A DNA stretch of 64,000 bases from positions 25,019-89,018 of the forward strand of contig CAYHAE010000003.1 in assembly GCA_964354545.1 (NCBI GenBank). Reading direction: 5' to 3'. The position numbers and the translations under genes were made by a program. This DNA comes from an uncultured Planctomycetia bacterium (GTDB lineage: Bacteria; Omnitrophota; Gorgyraeia; 2-01-FULL-45-10; JAHFGN01). Positions within the stretch are counted from its first letter, which is position 1. The number at the start of each line of letters is the position of its first letter. The notes below the pieces were generated by a model. That model was not told where the DNA came from. It ran no database searches and saw only the letters and a list, made by a program, of their open reading frames with translations. Shown in pieces: positions 63,001-64,000 of the stretch.

Positions 63001-63998
63001 AGCTGATCTCGGGCCTCTCGGAAGAGTCCAGGATATCCCTCACCGAGGCGCAGAGGACAGCCCTCGGGTCGTCTCTTGGCGCGCTCTCCGATTCGTTCGA
63101 GCGCCTCGAAGGATTCCAGACGGACGGCGCGACGCTCGTGGCGATCGCACAGTCCCTCACATTTGCGATGGGGAAGGCGGCGGACTGGACCGCGTCAACA
63201 AAAGATAAGACCGCGGGAGTGGGCATCTTTGGGGCGCAAGAGGACCTTGACAAGGAGATAGTGGGACTGTCCGAGACCATGACGTGGATCCTGGGACAGA
63301 AGTCATCGGGGGCCCTCACCGCGAATTCAGAGGAGCTGGCGACCGTGAAGCAGGATGCCTCAGGCGTAATGGATACGGCCTCGGCCGATATAAGGCGCGC
63401 CGATGCATTGCCCGGATACAACGATTCTCCCGCAGGACAGGCCTATGCGATAAGGAGCCTTGCCGCAAACGACTTCGCGAGCGCAGGCTTCCTCACCGAT
63501 CCGAACGGGCTCAAGGCAATGAATGTCCTCGCCAAGAAAGTGGAGGAGGCTGCCGCCGCGAAAGTCTATGACGCGCTCACGGCGATGCGTTCGGATACTT
63601 CCAGCCGCCTCGCACGGTACAATGTCGATGTCATGAGGGTGTCAAAAGATATCATCAAGACGGCGTCGATCGAGGTCGACGAAACGGTCGCGCAGAGCGT
63701 GGGGGCAAAAGACCACGGGCAGGAGCTTGCGGACCTCGCACACGCGACGAGCGAATTGACGCAGGCGATGAGCGATGCGGTCGCGGCGTCGCCCACCTCC
63801 GCAGACGCGCCGCTCTACATGAAGATAGCGGATGGGGCGTGCCGCGCGAGCCAGAAGGCCGGGATCCGGGCGAGGACCCTTGCCCAGGACCATCCTCTCG
63901 ATGCGGCCATCCAGGCCTCGAGCACCTCTGCCCAGGAAGACGCGAAGCTCGCCGCGGACCATCGCAAGGAAGCGCAGCGTATACTCGGGATCACCTCG
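3..63998 (+). CDS. Giant multidomain Ca2+-binding surface/adhesin-like protein, at least 21,332 aa, open at both window ends
   Basis: Frame +3 reads SIADLLFLNRIPPEEQRWADVNRDGVIDYWDY at the start and RKEAQRILGITS at the end, with coherent repeats wherever translated. No + ORF in the supplied track is in this frame, as expected if it never meets a stop. Confidence 0.96.
60..7790 (+). repeat. Tandem array of 9 units: EF/dockerin loop - CBM6/35-like beta-sandwich - EF/dockerin loop - small beta module
   Basis: CBM-like domains at about 300-770, 1230-1590, 1960-2270, 2630-3060, 3430-3840, 4710-5110, 5490-5885, 6255-6585 and 7335-7710 (pattern YxFxVxxxGxYxIGL..F/YxVxVDG..LxLxxGxHxIxFxW), each bracketed by DxNxDGxVDxxD loops. 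Confidence 0.8.
7800..9945 (+). repeat. Array of unnamed 55-65 aa beta modules
   Basis: Recurrent VxIDGxxYxV...GxYTF...VxIxGxxYxI...IxLxE, e.g. ITIDGYLYTVGEPTAGNYTL. Confidence 0.75.
9951..11690 (+). repeat. Dockerin/EF-hand loop cluster containing one CBM6/35-like domain (about 10740-11110)
   Basis: DVNDDGFVD, DFTDDKVID, DVNEDGRIG, DLNGDGKIS, DFNDDGKVD, DLDGDRKIT; CBM-like LTYAFTTDTPGDYYVGLSA...VTLEKGVHTVRFEF. Confidence 0.8.
11691..14972 (+). repeat. 1094-aa array of beta modules inserted inside one EF-hand loop
   Basis: Flanked by RRADITG (11670-11690) and NGRVDEKD (14973-14996), which join into the canonical loop DITGNGRVDEKD. Confidence 0.75.
14973..17550 (+). repeat. Dockerin/EF-hand loop cluster with beta modules and a CBM6/35-like domain (about 16670-17000)
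   Basis: About 18 DxxxDGxxDxxD loops; AYQLTLEKEGRYQFNF...FDVFVDGIKSG...IDVPSGEHTIMF. Confidence 0.78.
17720..18265 (+). other. Concanavalin A-like / LamG / DUF1080 (3-keto-disaccharide hydrolase-like) beta-sandwich domain
   Basis: NWTSDGTQWMVKDGVYSQ...SDFSVEADVRV...GAGIVFRMKDAGNYY...DRWYRLGVKA...FTIDGKKVF...FGTGGVAL...ASFDNVRF. Confidence 0.75.
18300..22500 (+). repeat. Dense dockerin/EF-hand array (about 30 loops) with helical linkers
   Basis: Repeated (R/K)ADVNxDGxVDxxD + helix + DVNGDGxxDxxD, e.g. at 18594, 18771, 18975, 19380, 19569, 21825. Confidence 0.85.
24423..24720 (+). other. FN3/Ig-like domain with IPIGPAGTTARKIYRT motif, copy 1
   Basis: AGAHKYAVAFTVDG...GKVMLSNIPIGPAGTTARKIYRTDAGGSTFKFVATIDDNTTTALLDNEPDSGLG. 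Confidence 0.65.
25185..25490 (+). other. FN3/Ig-like domain with IPIGPTGTTARTIYRT motif, copy 2
   Basis: AGTHAYSIVFTVDG...GKVLLSNIPIGPTGTTARTIYRTGANGATFKFLASIDDNVTTTYEDSAADATLG; core DNA near-identical to copy 1 (gcaatattccgatcgggccc...gatatacaggacgg). Confidence 0.65.
26640..27170 (+). other. Non-repeat globular insert, possibly a galactose-binding-like beta-sandwich
   Basis: FTHSFYGYGQSFETYILPLAKMEY resembles the xxTYxIPLxxF strand of CBM11/CIA30-like folds; weak match. Confidence 0.25.
27780..28530 (+). other. Tyr/Gly/Asp/Met-rich low-complexity insert
   Basis: GDYEGNYYEDWPFGTDTGYYGNYGYQSGNYTY...YADYDYTDD...WGYSGGGFSGGSPMGMGMG. Confidence 0.6.
31260..31860 (+). other. CBM6/35-like beta-sandwich with long aromatic loop insertions
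   Basis: MNYKFTIAQDGEYDVGLFAK...IFQVWVDGLSRG...KLNLDAGEHDIKISW...LQVKDVFI, followed by DLNGDLKVD. Confidence 0.75.
33510..35990 (+). repeat. Macro-repeat copy 1 (beta modules + variable aromatic modules + intact dockerin pair)
   Basis: Starts YDV..KYVFSDG..SVTSPDNLTVTLKGHDY and ends TALTGDYVLAADLDHDGNIDWNDVDIFRRERD...IYRFFD..PVDANA; shares ccgtgacctcgcccgataa with copies 2 and 3. Confidence 0.85.
36070..39150 (+). other. Three CBM6/35-like domains (about 36070-36520, 37375-37800, 38180-39150); the last hosts a nested domain
   Basis: LDYIFTTTSAGNFDIGL...LDLSAGSHTVRFEW; LTYEFDVNGAGNYDLGF...IQRGIHRIKFKW; AEYKFYVEKEGDYQVGL...HLTPGWHSVVYEW. Confidence 0.78.
38400..38875 (+). other. Second-type putative carbohydrate-binding beta-sandwich nested inside a CBM6/35-like domain
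   Basis: NPYFY...VVKIRMRSNNGTKAKVYWN...WSEDRSDWF.INADNEMHTYTLDFTDNPNWSGKITELRIDP...IEIESISI. Confidence 0.65.
39687..40065 (+). other. ILEI / PANDER-like (GG-type lectin) domain
   Basis: NGFNFVAIDPRTKELTLRNFDIATDANLNAEMIRFINGLPRGTHVLVSIQQDGYTHLWNETRLAFQSLGS...RWVLIGRKG matches the ILEI pattern GxNxVxxD..FD..FIxxLPxGxxV..ALxxLGS..WxxIGxKG. Confidence 0.8.
41274..42830 (+). repeat. Dockerin/EF-hand cluster enclosing the TSP3 block
   Basis: DFDGNGRID, DVNGDGSVD, DVNKDKVVD, DVNKDGRVD, DVTKDGTVD, DTNGDGVLN, DINKDGLVN, DLTGDGYAT. Confidence 0.8.
41553..42180 (+). repeat. Eight TSP3-type Ca2+-binding repeats formed by a 324-nt tandem duplication
   Basis: DxDGDxIADxxE..LYG units; gcgaccga(c/t)tcggacgg...gacatcgtcgaaaa(g/a)ctcacctatgg at 41640 and 41964. 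Confidence 0.85.
44625..45070 (+). repeat. Bacterial TSP3 repeats (6 units)
   Basis: DADGDGISDKDEAILGT, DSDGDGFSDGYEARMKTDP, DTDKDGVSDYDELTFGTD, DSDKDGFSDGEEGRLGTDP, DSDGDGLSDATE, DTDGDGFSDGEE. Confidence 0.88.
45120..47690 (+). repeat. YD-like repeat block 1 (about 7 units of 105-145 aa) including a 1.19-kb tandem duplication
   Basis: QYDERGR, TTYDEAGN and EYDEYQN motifs; gctcaccgtctacagcg at 45668 and 46856 (offset 1188). Confidence 0.75.
47730..49535 (+). repeat. Macro-repeat copy 2
   Basis: KYVFSNGVDTPVTSPDNLTVNLNGHDY...AALTGAYTTAADLDHDDNIDWDDVDIFR...IYRFFDRVRAPVDANA...MAGLDLTE. Confidence 0.85.
49680..51372 (+). repeat. Macro-repeat copy 3
   Basis: KYVFSNGVDASVTSPDNLIVTLKGHDY...AALTGLYTTAADLDQDGSVEWDDVDIFR...IYRFFDRVRAPVDANA...MAGLDLTE. 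Confidence 0.85.
51420..56560 (+). repeat. YD-like repeat block 2 (about 13 units)
   Basis: Consensus GxQxIG...RIxxYDxxG...GxPxAxxD...VTVY...xTYDxxGN...GYY repeated at about 51500, 51945, 52260, 52695, 53135, 53445, 53890, 54205, 54515, 54930, 55360, 55680 and 56105. Confidence 0.75.
56571..56711 (+). repeat. 18-bp tandem repeat encoding GAYPGG, 8 units (one shortened)
   Basis: ggcgc(a/g)tatcc(c/t)gg(a/c)ggc units: GAYPGG DAYPGG GAYPGG GAYPGG EYSGG GAYPGG GAYPGG GAYPGV. Confidence 0.95.
56790..56898 (+). repeat. Bacterial TSP3 repeat pair
   Basis: DTDGDGLTDYMETTIYNTDPEKADTDGDGFSDGEEI. Confidence 0.85.
56994..59180 (+). repeat. Last dockerin/EF-hand array (about 22 loops)
   Basis: DIDRSGAID, DINGDGAVD, DVDEDGDVD, DVNHDGRVD, DIDGDGKVT, DISGPEGIPDGRID, DVNEDGMID, DLNGDGRVN. 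Confidence 0.85.
59200..63998 (+). other. Ala/Leu/Glu-rich alpha-helical region (helical bundles or coiled coil), continuing past the window
   Basis: Abrupt loss of DxxDG and Tyr-rich motifs; amphipathic helices punctuated by xPxD/N turns (DNPRNEL, EHPYNSAL, SHPNDALI, ENPADAAI, DHPLDAAI). Confidence 0.7.
60135..60446 (+). other. DUF4214-like domain (two degenerate half-repeats)
   Basis: FANSTYAAALARAPDSTE...L.DGRNDREWAAALLSTPEFIARNLTDEDFIRAAFMTILSRNASQNEVNGYLIKLATSTITRDGIVTELVSSTE. Confidence 0.72.
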
Positions 63999-64000
63999 AC

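Noticed and set aside
63495-63512. TDPNGL resembling the RHS DPxGL cleavage motif
   Set aside because: It lacks the upstream YxYxxNNP context and lies in the helical region about 7 kb from the YD-like units; probably chance.
2317-63571. Short plus-strand ORFs in frames +1 and +2
   Set aside because: R/S/T-rich off-frame readings lying wholly within the giant ORF.
318-63962. Many long minus-strand ORFs (e.g. 20544..22427, 627 aa; 11835..13295, 486 aa; 38706..39965, 419 aa)
   Set aside because: The longest are in codon register with the sense frame and stay open because TTA, CTA and TCA are rare sense codons. Their V/R/L/H-rich translations show no domain motifs.
3-63998. NRPS/PKS, RTX adhesin, or stop-codon recoding as the explanation for ORF length
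   Set aside because: No A/C/KS/ACP motifs and no GGxGxDxL nonapeptide arrays were seen, and the frame is open under the standard code.

Overview
The whole 64-kb window is the interior of one uninterrupted reading frame on the + strand (frame +3, codons starting at 3, 6, 9 and so on; 3..63998, 21,332 codons). No stop lies in the window and the frame is already open at base 3. The ORF track misses it: every + ORF listed is in frame +1 or +2, and the long - ORFs are antisense shadows. The product is a giant, acidic, Ca2+-binding, lectin/adhesin-like surface protein with no catalytic domain I could recognise. It contains about 130 dockerin/EF-hand loops, about 15 CBM6/35-like beta-sandwiches, roughly 100 copies of an unnamed 55-65 aa beta module, a LamG/DUF1080-like domain, an ILEI (PANDER-like) domain, two FN3/phage-tail-like domains, TSP3-type repeats, about 20 YD-like units, three diversified 1.7-2.5 kb macro-repeats, a GAYPGG tract and an Ala-rich helical region with a DUF4214-like domain. 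Several arrays are inserted inside other modules, even inside single EF-hand loops, giving a nested 'Russian-doll' architecture. The organism is unknown; gene size and codon style suggest Omnitrophota (inference only). Domain names come from motif recognition by eye and counts are manual estimates.
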